DNA of 64,000 nucleotides from assembly GCA_950097015.1 (NCBI GenBank), contig CATNEN010000003.1:5704001-5768000 (forward strand), written 5' to 3'. The notes under the pieces were generated by a model. That model saw only the letters and a list, made by a program, of their open reading frames with translations, searched no databases and had not been told where the DNA came from. Origin of the DNA: Macrostomum hystrix (lineage: Eukaryota > Animalia > Platyhelminthes). The position numbers and the translations under genes are program-made. Below are positions 12,768 through 26,110 of the stretch, piece by piece. The number at the start of each line of letters is the position of its first letter. Position 1 is the stretch's first letter.

Positions 12768-13279
12768 GACTACGTTATCTTGGACTCGAAGCAGTTTCTG
12801 TGCTAGCAATCTCAAAATTAGCTTACTGTTTAAATTTTGGCAGCCTTTTTCTAGGAAAAAAACGGTCGCCCCAACCTCAACCTCCGGCCCAAAGAATGTA
12901 CATTAATCTGTTCGTACACTGTTTGCGTACATTCGCAATATGGAACTTACAAATTCCATTTTGCGTCTATTTTTAGCTATCACGTTTCTTCCATGGAAAT
13001 CCCTCGGAATGGACGTTTAAAAGCTATGATTTTAAATTATAGATTAGCAATGTCGCATCTTACTTGTAGTACTTGTAGTTGTGCTTGTAGTAAGCAGCAA
13101 TGCAACATTGCCTAAATTTTTAAGTTTTTGCGCACTAAACTTCAGCTTTACTTTCTGTGTCACAACACGTCTGTCTCAATTCAATTCAGACAACATATCA
13201 GCTACATGTAGATCTGTACATCTAGCCCAATCAGTCTTTCTGTAGTTTTCTGTTTGCTAAAGTAGATATTTGCTAAAGT

Positions 13280-13935
13280 AGACTGGTAAAAGATGAGACT
13301 GGTGAAAGATGAGACTGGTGAAAGATGAGACTGGTGAAAGATGAGACTGGTGAAAGATGAGACTGGTGAAAGATGAGACTGGTGAAAGATGAGACTGGTG
13401 AAAGATGAGACTGGTGAAAGATGAGACTGGTGAAAGAGGAGACTGGTGAAAGATAGACTGGTGAAAGAGGAGACTGGTGAAATATGAGACTGGTGAAAGA
13501 TGAGACTGGTGAAAGATGTGACTGGTGAAAGATGAGACTGGTGAAAGATGAGACTGGCGAAAGATGAGACTGGTGAAAGATGAGACTGGTGAAAGATGAG
13601 ACTGGTGAAAGATGAGACTGGTAAAAGATGAGACTGGTGAAAGATGAGACTGGTGAAAGATGAGACTGGTGAAAGATGAGACTGGTGAAAGATGAGACTG
13701 GTGAAAGATGAGACTGGTGAAAGATGAGACTGGTGAAAGATGATACTGGTGAAAGATGAGACTGGTGAAAGATGAGACTGGTGAAAGATAGACTGGTGAA
13801 AGAGGAGACTGGTGAAAGATGAGACTGGTGAAAGATGAGACTGGTGAAAGATGAGACTGGTGAAAGATGTGACTGGTGAAAGATGAGACTGGTGAAAGAT
13901 GAGACTGGCGAAAGATGAGACTGGTGAAAGATGAA
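13280..13935. repeat. 16 bp minisatellite (gactggtgaaagatga)
   Basis: Tandem copies visible. Confidence 0.95.
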
Positions 13936-15476
13936 ACAGGGTACAATTAAGGGTGTTAACTAAAAGTAAGCAGGGACCGGATTCTAGGCGGGTATATACC
14001 AAAGTCGTAATGCAAGAGATTGCCGACCAATATTACGTCACCGCTTCGTGCTTCAGAAATTTTGCATTAAAATATATTCGTAGTACTAGCTTGTTCATTT
14101 GATTGTAAAGTATATTTCGGCTGAAACCGCTATAGAATAGAAACTTTTTCTAAAAAATTCAACTTTCGTTCGTACAGAAACTTTACCCTTGAAGCTTTTA
14201 AATGTCACATGTTTCTTCGTTTTGCAAGTTTCTGGTGCGAAACTTTTAACTCTTGTTTTGTTTATTTCAGAATGGGTAGAAAATTCAGTAACTTCGCATG
14301 TTATGTTGTACAGTCACATTTCTACGAGTTGTTATCGCTGGCAAATCTCAGTCTGAAACATTTGTTGGAAATTGTTTAAAATGAAATTGCGAAGTTATTT
14401 TATACCAAAATAGATTTAAATAGGCCATAAAGCCGGTTTGAATTAAATGAATCAATACTAACGTCCATGGCACGACCATAAGTTATATATACAACAAAAA
14501 AGATGCAAATCTCGGCCTATAGAATTCAAAGATAAAGCCTTATTACATGTAGCAGTTTACATTTATTCAATGTAACATCTTTTTTAAAAGCATTTGTGAC
14601 TCAACAAGGCTAAAAATAAGTATCATTGCCCCGTGTTTTGACACAGACACTTAAACGATCCTGCAAGCAAAACTGGCCCTTGCTTGGTTTAGCTAAAACA
14701 AATCGGCTCAAGACTCAATAGACATCTAAGTTAAGGAATGGCGCATCTATTTTTAGACCCGTGCTGATTAGCTGCTTTTTTTCTGGACTGAGTTCTTCAC
14801 CTTGTTCTAACATCATCGTTCTGCTATCTATGGCAAGAATAGACTGGTCTAGCCAAACGCTTATTGTTGCCAAACAATACTTAGAATTAGAAGGAATTAA
14901 GCTTTTTTACAAAAATGAAAACCGAAAAGCTATTATGTATGCTAATAATAGCATTAATGATAAGATCCCTTCACAATTACCGAACTCATCTGTCTATTTG
15001 ATCTTGAGGAGTGTACAAAATGAGTGTACAAATCGTTCAAAAGTCTCTAGAGTCTAGACACCTTGTCACCTTGGCAGCGCATCCACAACCCCTCCTCCCC
15101 CTCAGACTACACACACTGGCAAAAAATCCGATCGATATTTAACAGTAAGAGTTGTACAGTGCCTCTAAAAGAGCGTGGCTACCCTCCTAACTGAAAAGAC
15201 ATGTACATTCAGTTTATTGGCTAGACAAGACAGACTGAGCCCACAGCAAAAAGTACAGTCAGGAGAGAAGGATTTTCCAAACCTCTGCACAAACCCTTCT
15301 CTTTCTAACATCAGCCTAAAGCTATTTTTCACGGACAAGAAAAGCGAGCAAACACAGTACACAGCAACACAAGCAACGGGTCGGTATTTTCATAGCTGTA
15401 TATATTTTATTGCAAGTCTTTCTTGCAATACTTGCAAACTGTTGCCAAATTAATCAATCAAAAATAGAAGACAAGC

Positions 15477-18400
15477 ATGGATCAAGCTTATGAATTCATG
15501 GAAATGGACGACGATGAGTGAGTTGAGAAATCTTTAATAAATTATATGATTTTTTTTATATATAAATATTTGATTTATATCTGTATATATAGGCTGTATA
15601 TATAGCTATTTGAAGTACTTTCACCCCTAAGCTGATTTCACACAACGCGCTTGAATTAGTCATCCAAATGTGTAATAAAATAGCTTCGATATGTTAAATT
15701 TGTTTAAATCAAAGTGTTTGCAAATATGCCAATCTCCCTATTAATTTTCTAGCCTTCGAAGCCAAGGCCTTCCGAATGTGGACATCCTTAAAGGCGACAA
15801 TAGCAAGCCTATTTCTATTAGGCAAATTGATTTTTCAAACCCATACCAATTACACATGCCAAACCAGCCGCCGAGGGAGCAGATCTCCCTTTTCAAAAAG
15901 CAGCAGCAGCCGATTCAGCTACTGCAGCAACCAGCGGAAGAGGAGTTTTTTATACATCTTCCAAATCGGCAAGTGGCTTTGGACATCAAGCCGATTCGAA
16001 AGCAGCAGACACACGAGCCAGTCTGCCCGAATCAGGACCAGGATTATCTTCCTGGAGCTAACGGGTTTTGTCTGCGCGTAGAACATGGCGAGATCGGAGC
16101 AGCTGGTGACTCCGAGGTGTTTGAAGCGCCGAGTCTTGAAGGCTTCGACGACCTTCCAGATCCGGAAGTTTCGTTCGAGCCGATTCCTGTTCTGTCAGCT
16201 GAAGAGGTTGAGCTCACGCTGACACAGAGCATCAGTTTCGTTCCGCCGACACCCTCAGAGGGTGAAATAGACGAGTTGGCACCGAGTGTTCCTCTTATTC
16301 AGGAGGAAAAGAACCAGTTTTTCTTTCGTAATTTGACAAGTCAGCCATCCATCCGGCTTATGTCGTGCTCGTCGAATGGCGAAAACGACGAAAATATTGA
16401 CATCTATCACGAGCTCATGGACGATGAGGAATGCGAAACTGGTGGAGCTGCTCGGTGCGAGCACGACTTGCCACCCACTCGGTAAGGTCCGATAATTTAT
16501 TCGATTAATTCGTGAGATTGATTAACTCGCGTTGTCTGGCTATTGTATTGAATTTCGTTCAAAAAATAAGCTTATCAATTCCGATAATAACCTTCAGTGT
16601 GCCAACCAGCAAGGAGCGGAAAACAGCAAGCTACATCCTGGATCTTCATCAGGAATTAGCCAAGGGTAAGCAATTTTTTTAATTACTATACTATATACTA
16701 TACTATGTTACTTTATCTAGTAGGGGTTGTAGCCTAGTAGGGGTTGTAGCCTAGTTGGGGTTGTAGCCCAGTAAGGGGATGTAGCCCAGCAGGGGTTGTA
16801 GGCTAGTAGGGGTTGTAGCCTAGTAGGGGTTGTAGCCTAGTAGGGGTTGTAGCCTAGTTGGGGTTGTAGCCTAGTTGGGGTTGTAGCCTAGTAAGGGGAT
16901 GTAGCCTAGTAGGGGTTGTAGCCTAGTTGGGGTTGTAGCCTAGTAAGGGGATGTAGCCTAGTAGGGGTTGTAGGCTAGTTGGGGTTGTAGCCTAGTAGGG
17001 GTTGTAGCCTAGTTGGGGTTGTAGGCTAGTTGGGGTTGTAGCCTAGTAAGGGTTGTAGCCTAGTATGGGTGGTGCCTAGTTGGGGTTGTAGCCTAGTAGG
17101 GGTTGTAGGCTATTTGGGGTTGTAGCCTAGTAGGGGTTGTAGCCTAGTTGGGGTTGTAGCCTAGAAGGGGTTGTAGCCTGTAATAGCTCAAAAGTCAAGC
17201 TGTGTGAGGTGCGATGAAAAAGGTGAGCCCTCCAAGTAGGGCGAGTCTGTATTTATATATTTGCCTCAACTTGACACCGATACATGAGTGCTAGTAGACT
17301 TACTAGGCATGACATAGCCTAGTAAGGGTTTTTAGCCCGGTAGAGGTTGTTACCTAGAGGTTAGAGCATCGGACTCACGACATCAGGGGTTCGATTCCTG
17401 ACTCTACTAGAATAATTTGTGTCCTCTATCAAGACGCTTAACTCTGCATTGGTTTAGTTCATCCAGCTGTTAAATGGGTACCAGCATCAGCTGGGGTAAT
17501 TGAGGGTGGGTGTGGCGTCCCCCAGTCCATGGACTGAACAGGTGAACAGCCGGACGCAACCTTCAGATGCGCCTCGCAATAGCTGTGGCTTTACTGTCGA
17601 CTGCACACGTGGCCTAATCGGGGCAGGTGTAATTAATTATGATTATTATTGTTATTAGAGCTAGCAATAATTTCATCCTCGTCAACTTCACAGACGTGCA
17701 TCAAGCAAAGAAGAAGCCAATGCTGCACGAGTTCCTTGGCTACATTCTTTACCTAGGTGGTAAAAATGCCGAGCTTGCGCTTCTGCGCCACTCGATATAC
17801 TTCTGCGATGAAGCTGGCGAGCGGCAGTCAGCGCCACGAGAACACTTCAGGGTGGCCAACTTCCAGACTGTGTCAGAAGTTTGGAAATTGATCAAGTGCA
17901 ACTCGTCCAAGGATTGCACTAAAAACATGAAGCGCGCAATGCGGTAAGCTTTTGATGGAATGCTAACAGGTGTGCTAACACTCTGTCTAACAGGTGTGCT
18001 AACACTCTGTCTAACAGGTGTGCTAACACTCTGTCTAACAGGTGTGCTAACACTCTGTCTAACAGGTGTGCTAACACTCTGTCTAACAGGTGTGCTAACC
18101 CACTCTGTCTAACAGGTGTGCTAACACTCTGTCTAACAGGTGTGCTAACCCACTCTGTCTAACAGGTGTGCTAACCCACTAGACCCCACTAGTAACCCAC
18201 TAGTCTAACAGACAGTCTGCTTGTTTGCTAGCTATTTGCATAACACTAAACATTTCTATCGCTCTATTTTACAAAATTAATTTGACTCGTAGTTTCAGGT
18301 TATCACAGAAAAACGTAGCAGAATAAAAAATTGCCTCTAGCTACGTTATTCAGGCCTTACCCTTCAGGCCATGAAATAATTTGTAACGCTTTCCGCTTGC

Positions 18401-21400
18401 TGTACTGTACATTTGTCAAGTCTCATATTCAATACGGCTGAGAGAGGGAGAGAAAGAGAGAAGCATTGCTGCGGGCCAAAATGTCGGGCTTGTTGTTGTC
18501 TTGCTGCGGAGTGAGGTTGTCTTATTTCCAAGAAATTTCTCGTGCACTTTCCGTTCTCCATGAGAAAAACTTTCGTTCTTAGCTCGTATACCCTAGTCCT
18601 CTGTCCTTCAACCTGTGCTTCTGAGTCCTTCAACCAAACTTATTAAAACTTTTCCTAAATAAAAAATCAATGCCCATCAACCAAATTATTGTGGTGTCAC
18701 CGCTAAAAATCATGGTGCTCACCTCACACAAAATCATGGTGCTCACCTCACACACAAAATCATGGTGCTCACCTCACACAAAATCATGGTGCTCACCTCA
18801 CACACAAAATCATGGTGCTCACCTCACACACAAAATCATGGTGCTCACCTCACACACAAAATCATGGTGCTCACCTCACACAAAATCATGGTGCTCACCT
18901 CACACAAAATCATGGTGCTCACCTCACACAAAATCATGGTGCTCACCTCACACAAAATCATGGTGCTCACCTCACACACAAAATCATGGTGCTCACCTCA
19001 CACACAAAATCATGGTGCTCACCTCACACACAAAATCATGGTGCTCACCTCACACACAAAATCATGGTGCTCACCTCACACACAAAATCATGGTGCTCAC
19101 CTCACACACAAAATCATGGTGCTCACCTCACACAAAATCATGGTGCTCACCTCACACACAAAATCATGGTGCTCACCTCACACAAAATCATGGTGCTCAC
19201 CTCACACAAAATCATGGTGCTCACCTCACACACAAAATCATGGTGCTCACCTCACACAAAATCATGGTGCTCACCTCACACAAAATCATGGTGCTCACCT
19301 CACACAAAATCATGGTGCTCACCTCACACAAAATCATGGTGCTCACCTCACACACAAAATCATGGTGCTCACCTCACACACAAAATCATGGTGCTCACCT
19401 CACACAAAATCATGGTGCTCACCTCACACACAAAATCATGGTGCTCACCTCACACACAAAATCATGGTGCTCACCTCACACACAAAATCATGGTGCTCAC
19501 CTCACACACAAAATTATGGTGCTCACCTCATACAAAATCATGGTGCTCAGCTCATACAAAATCATGGTGCTCACCTCACACAAAATCATGGTGCTCACCT
19601 CACACAAAATCATGGTGCTCACCTCACACAAAATCATGGTGCTCACCTCACACAAAATCATGGTGCTCACCTCACACAAAATCATGGTGCTCACCTCACA
19701 CAAAATCATGGTGCTCACCTCACACACAAAATCATGGTGCTCACCTCACACACAAAATCATGGTGCTCACCTCACACACAAAATCATGGTGCTCACCTCA
19801 CACACAAAATTATGGTGCTCACCTCATACAAAATCATGGTGCTCAGCTCATACAAAATCATGGTGCTCACCTCACACAAAATCATGGTGCTCACCTCACA
19901 CAAAATCATGGTGCTCACCTCACACAAAATCATGGTGCTCACCTCACACAAAATCATGGTGCTCACCTCACACAAAATCATGGTGCTCACCTCACACAAA
20001 ATCATGGTGCTCACCTCACACACAAAATCATGGTGCTCACCTCACACACAAAATCATGGTGCTCACCTCACACACAAAATCATGGTGCTCACCTCACACA
20101 CAAAATCATGGTGCTCACCTCACACACAAAATCATGGTGCTCACCTCACACACAAAATCATGGTGCTCACCTCACACAAAATCATGGTGCTCACCTCACA
20201 CAAAATCATAGTGCTCACCTCACACACAAAATCATAGTGCTCACCTCACACAAAATCATGGTGCTCACCTCACACAAAATCATGGTGCTCACCTCACACA
20301 CAAAATCATGGTGCTCACCTCACACACAAAATCATGGTGCTCACCTCACACAAAATCATGGTGCTCACCTCACACACAAAATCATGGTGCTCACCTCACA
20401 CACAAAATCATGGTGCTCACCTCACACACAAAATCATGGTGCTCACCTCACACACAAAATCATGGTGCTCACCTCACACACAAAATCATGGTGCTCACCT
20501 CACACACAAAATTATGGTGCTCACCTCATACAAAATCATGGTGCTCAGCTCATACAAAATCATGGTGCTCACCTCACACAAAATCATGGTGCTCACCTCA
20601 CACAAAATCATGGTGCTCACCTCACACAAAATCATGGTGCTCACCTCACACAAAATCATGGTGCTCACCTCACACAAAATCATGGTGCTCACCTCACACA
20701 AAATCATGGTGCTCACCTCACACACAAAATCATGGTGCTCACCTCACACACAAAATCATGGTGCTCACCTCACACACAAAATCATGGTGCTCACCTCACA
20801 CACAAAATTATGGTGCTCACCTCATACAAAATCATGGTGCTCAGCTCATACAAAATCATGGTGCTCACCTCACACAAAATCATGGTGCTCACCTCACACA
20901 AAATCATGGTGCTCACCTCACACAAAATCATGGTGCTCACCTCACACAAAATCATGGTGCTCACCTCACACAAAATCATGGTGCTCACCTCACACAAAAT
21001 CATGGTGCTCACCTCACACACAAAATCATGGTGCTCACCTCACACACAAAATCATGGTGCTCACCTCACACACAAAATCATGGTGCTCACCTCACACACA
21101 AAATCATGGTGCTCACCTCACACACAAAATCATGGTGCTCACCTCACACACAAAATCATGGTGCTCACCTCACACACAAAATTATGGTGCTCACCTCATA
21201 CAAAATCATGGTGCTCAGCTCATACAAAATCATGGTGCTCACCTCACACAAAATCATGGTGCTCACCTCACACAAAATCATGGTGCTCACCTCACACAAA
21301 ATCATGGTGCTCACCTCACACAAAATCATGGTGCTCACCTCACACAAAATCATGGTGCTCACCTCACACAAAATCATGGTGCTCACCTCACACACAAAAT

Positions 21401-24400
21401 CATGGTGCTCACCTCACACACAAAATCATGGTGCTCACCTCACACACAAAATCATGGTGCTCACCTCACACACAAAATTATGGTGCTCACCTCATACAAA
21501 ATCATGGTGCTCAGCTCATACAAAATCATGGTGCTCACCTCACACAAAATCATGGTGCTCACCTCACACAAAATCATGGTGCTCACCTCACACAAAATCA
21601 TGGTGCTCACCTCACACAAAATCATGGTGCTCACCTCACACAAAATCATGGTGCTCACCTCACACAAAATCATGGTGCTCACCTCACACACAAAATCATG
21701 GTGCTCACCTCACACACAAAATCATGGTGCTCACCTCACACACAAAATCATGGTGCTCACCTCACACACAAAATCATGGTGCTCACCTCACACACAAAAT
21801 CATGGTGCTCACCTCACACACAAAATCATGGTGCTCACCTCACACAAAATCATGGTGCTCACCTCACACAAAATCATAGTGCTCACCTCACACACAAAAT
21901 CATAGTGCTCACCTCACACAAAATCATGGTGCTCACCTCACACAAAATCATGGTGCTCACCTCACACACAAAATCATGGTGCTCACCTCACACACAAAAT
22001 CATGGTGCTCACCTCACACAAAATCATGGTGCTCACCTCACACACAAAATCATGGTGCTCACCTCACACACAAAATTATGGTGCTCACCTCACACACAAA
22101 ATCATGGTGCTCACCTCACACAAAATCATGGTGCTCACCTCACACACAAAATCATGGTGCTCACCTCACACACAAAATTATGGTGCTCACCTCACGCACA
22201 AAATTATGGTGCTCACCTCACACACAAAATCATGGTGCTCACCTCACACACAAAATCATGGTGCTCACCTCACACACAAAATTATGGTGCTCACCTCACA
22301 CACAAAATCATGGTGCTCACCTCACACACAAAATCATGGTGCTCACCTCACACACAAAATCATGGTGCTCACCTCACACACAAAATTATGGTGCTCACCT
22401 CACACACAAAATCATGGTGCTCACCTCACACACAAAATCATGGTGCTCACCTCACACACAAAATTATGGTGCTCACCTCACACACAAAATCATGGTGCTC
22501 ACCTCACACACAAAATTATGGTGCTTAACTCACATAAAATCATGGTGCTCACCTCACACACAAAATTATGGTGCTTAACTCACATAAAATCATGGTGCTC
22601 ACCCCACACACAAAATCATGGTGCTCACCTCACACAAAATCATGGTGCTCACCTCACACACAAAATCATGGTGCTCACCTCACACACAAAATCATGGTGC
22701 TCACCTCACACACAAAATCATGGTGCTCACCTCATACAAAATCATGGTGCTCAGCTCATACAAAATCATGGTGCTCACCTCACACAAAATCATGGTGCTC
22801 ACCTCACACAAAATCATGGTGCTCACCTCACACAAAATCATGGTGCTCACCTCACACAAAATCATGGTACTCACCTCACACAAAATCATGGTGCTCACCT
22901 CACACAAAATCATGGTGCTCACCTCACACAAAATCATGGTGCTCACCTCATACAAAATCATGGTGCTCAGCTCATACAAAATCATGGTGCTCACCTCACA
23001 CAAAATCATGGTGCTCACCTCACACAAAATCATGGTGCTCACCTCACACAAAATCATGGTGCTCACCTCACACAAAATCATGGTGCTCACCTCACACACA
23101 AAATCATGGTGCTCACCTCACACACAAAATTATGGTGCTCACCTCACACACAAAATCATGGTGCTCACCTCACACACAAAATTATGGTGCTCACCTCACA
23201 CACAAAATCATGGTGCTCACCTCACACACAAAATCATGGTGCTCACCTCACACACAAAATCATGGTGCTCACCTCACACACAAAATTATGGTGCTCACCT
23301 CACACACAAAATCATGGTGCTCACCTCACACACAAAATCATGGTGCTCACCTCACACACAAAATCATGGTGCTCACCTCACACACAAAATCATGGTGCTC
23401 ACCTCACACACAAAATTATGGTGCTCACCTCACACACAAAATCATGGTGCTCACCTCACACACAAAATTATGGTGCTCACCTCACACACAAAATCATGGT
23501 GCTCACCTCACACACAAAATCATGGTGCTCACCTCACACACAAAATCATGGTGCTCACCTCACACACAAAATTATGGTGCTCACCTCACACACAAAATCA
23601 TGGTGCTCACCTCACACACAAAATCATGGTGCTCACCTCACACACAAAATTATGGTGCTCACCTCACACACAAAATCATGGTGCTCACCTCACACACAAA
23701 ATTATGGTGCTTAACTCACATAAAATCATGGTGCTCACCTCACACACAAAATTATGGTGCTTAACTCACATAAAATCATGGTGCTCACCCCACACACAAA
23801 ATCATGGTGCTCACCTCACACAAAATCATGGTGCTCACCTCACACACAAAATCATGGTGCTCACCTCACACACAAAATCATGGTGCTCACCTCACACACA
23901 AAATCATGGTGCTCACCTCACACACAAAATCATGGTACTCACCTCACACAAAATCATGGTGCTCACCTCACACAAAATCATGGTGCTCACCTCACACAAA
24001 ATCATGGTGCTCACCTCACACAAAATCATGGTGCTCACCTCACACAAAATCATGGTACTCACCTCACACAAAATCATGGTGCTCACCTCACACAAAATCA
24101 TGGTGCTCACCTCACACAAAATCATGGTGCTCACCTCATACAAAATCATGGTGCTCAGCTCATACAAAATCATGGTGCTCACCTCACACAAAATCATGGT
24201 GCTCACCTCACACAAAATCATGGTGCTCACCTCACACAAAATCATGGTGCTCACCTCACACAAAATCATGGTGCTCACCTCACACACAAAATCATGGTGC
24301 TCACCTCACACAAAATCATGGTGCTCACCTCACACAAAATCATGGTGCTCACCTCACACAAAATCATGGTGCTCACCTCACACACAAAATCATGGTGCTC

Positions 24401-24691
24401 ACCTCACACACAAAATCATGGTGCTCACCTCACACAAAATCATGGTGCTCACCTCACACAAAATCATGGTGCTCACCTCACACATGCTTAAAGTTGATCC
24501 ACTTTTCTCGTACGTAACCACTTACCACTTATCATCAATGCCATTCAACATCATCGCATTTCAGAATGTCGACCAGCAATGACAGGAATTACTTTGTCAA
24601 CCTTTCGCAGCGTATGCATCGGATGCAGGTGTTTAAATTTGGACAAAAAAGTATGGACTATTTTAAGAAAATGTTTCCTTCATCGTTTTAA
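15477..24691 (+). CDS. Divergent ETS-domain transcription factor, paralog 3; exons 15477-15517, 15753-16481, 16598-16665, 17694-17943, 24565-24691
   Basis: LHEFLGYIL...IYFCD...HFRVANFQTVSEVWKLIK...KNMKRAMR|MSTSNDRNYF...VFKFGQKSM. All junctions keep phase. The last exon lies beyond the 5.8 kb satellite. Confidence 0.8.
16718..17180. repeat. 17 bp minisatellite (taggggttgtagcctag)
   Basis: Tandem copies visible. Confidence 0.93.
17342..17655 (+). mobile_element. SINE family B (tRNA head plus CORE/MIR-like domain)
   Basis: B-box GGTTCGATTCC, CORE-like ttgtgtcct..caagacgcttaactctgc...ctgttaaatggg, palindrome CAGTCCATGGACTG, ATT tail. Confidence 0.78.
17961..18210. repeat. 24 bp minisatellite (tgctaacactctgtctaacaggtg)
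   Basis: Tandem copies visible. Confidence 0.9.
18705..24484. repeat. 5.8 kb satellite of mixed 24/26 bp units (aaaatcatggtgctcacctcacac[ac]) in the last intron of ETS paralog 3
   Basis: Continuous tandem array with higher-order variant blocks. Confidence 0.97.
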
Positions 24692-26110
24692 CTCAGAGTC
24701 GGAATTGTTTGCTTGAAGGCGCCGAGTCTGTTTATGACTTACCTTTTTATAAGAAAAAGAAATAATATTTATTTTTCGTGTTTGCTTTGCAACTCTATTA
24801 CTTAAAGCAATTCCAGTGTACTATTTTTCATTTCAATATTTTGTTTAAACTCTACTGTTCCTTTTCATACTCTTCATTTGCTAGTAATTATTGTTTGAAA
24901 TTTGTCAGTCATGTTTTCATTTTAACACATCATTTTTGGCTGCATATCAATAATACAATTCACTTTTAATTGGCTGTTCGAGTCATATGACTGTATATAA
25001 TTCTACTAATAGTAGGTAGGCAACATTTTTTCATAAGGTGTCTGTAATTTAAATTCACTATTTAAATGTCTATAACAGTACCTTTTACCGATTAATCGCT
25101 ACTTCAATTTTCTCGTTTTTTGTGTGAAAAATCAGATTTCAATAAAACATTTACTAGCTTTATCTCTGTTTTAAATTTGGTACAAATGTCAAAATTCAAT
25201 AGTTATTGACTCCCGAATGAATAAACAAGTGCTACCCGATCATGTAGCATTTCTTGTTCGGTGAAAAAACACGATATATTATACTCGTACATATTTGCAG
25301 TGTACACCTATGAGGATTTTAGAAAAAAAATTTCCATGGACTAAACTGTTGTACACAGCCTTTGGAAGTGCCGCGCGCGCAGTAGCTTTGCAAATAAAAT
25401 TTGGATCGTAATGAACTGTATAACAATTCTTGATTCATATATAGAAACCTGTGCTAAGTTTCGTCATGTTTAAACCGGAATTTTGATTGGCAGTTATAAA
25501 AAGTATCATGAATCACGAGTCGCTTTAAAGGAACTAACAGATTTCGTTTTTAACAGTCAAAGTTTCATCAGTGACTGCCTAAATTAAGCTACATTATAAA
25601 TCATTAATCAAATGTATACAGCATGACAGGCAGTAATTATACTAACATTTTATCAAATTGTAAACCTGCGCGTGTTACTGTATTGAAAACAGCTTCATCA
25701 AGTGGCTCGCAAAACTATCTGCGACAGCTTGATGACGATTTTCGCATCTTGACGAGCAGTTCTGAGTTGTGGCAACTGTGATTCAAGTATAAATGAGAGA
25801 CAATGACTGTCTTGTTAATGAAGCGAAAGTGTGAGTCTCAATCTACCAAATTTATAAAATTATTTAATAACTGCTAGCGTCAAAATGATTGACAGCATTG
25901 TGTGTGCACCATGGAGACGCAAAAATTGTGTAGTAATTGTTGTAATTGTGTCCTTCCATGGGTAAGCCTGTTATAACAGGCCCACTGCAATTCACCCTTG
26001 TAATGCTATAAAGACCACGAATAAGCAACAGTCCAAGCGAGTATATGATCAAGCTTGTGAAATCTAGCACAAAGTTAAATTATAGTAGGGCTGACAGAAT
26101 TACAGCTAGA

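Noticed and set aside
17342-17410. tRNA gene candidates at SINE heads
   Set aside because: A/B boxes continue into dispersed SINE bodies and no complete cloverleaf is evident.
18364-18633. 89 aa minus-strand ORF in the ETS3 intron
   Set aside because: Non-ATG start, no recognisable motif, no supported splice partners.
18670-24582. Very long ORFs (up to 1238 aa) in all three plus frames
   Set aside because: They are translations of a stop-poor satellite inside an ETS intron. No unique spacers, so not CRISPR either.
800-24691. Analogy with MX genes and ETS2/ERG on human chromosome 21
   Set aside because: Those genes are megabases apart and the ETS proteins here do not resemble those classes, so there is no basis for claiming conserved synteny.
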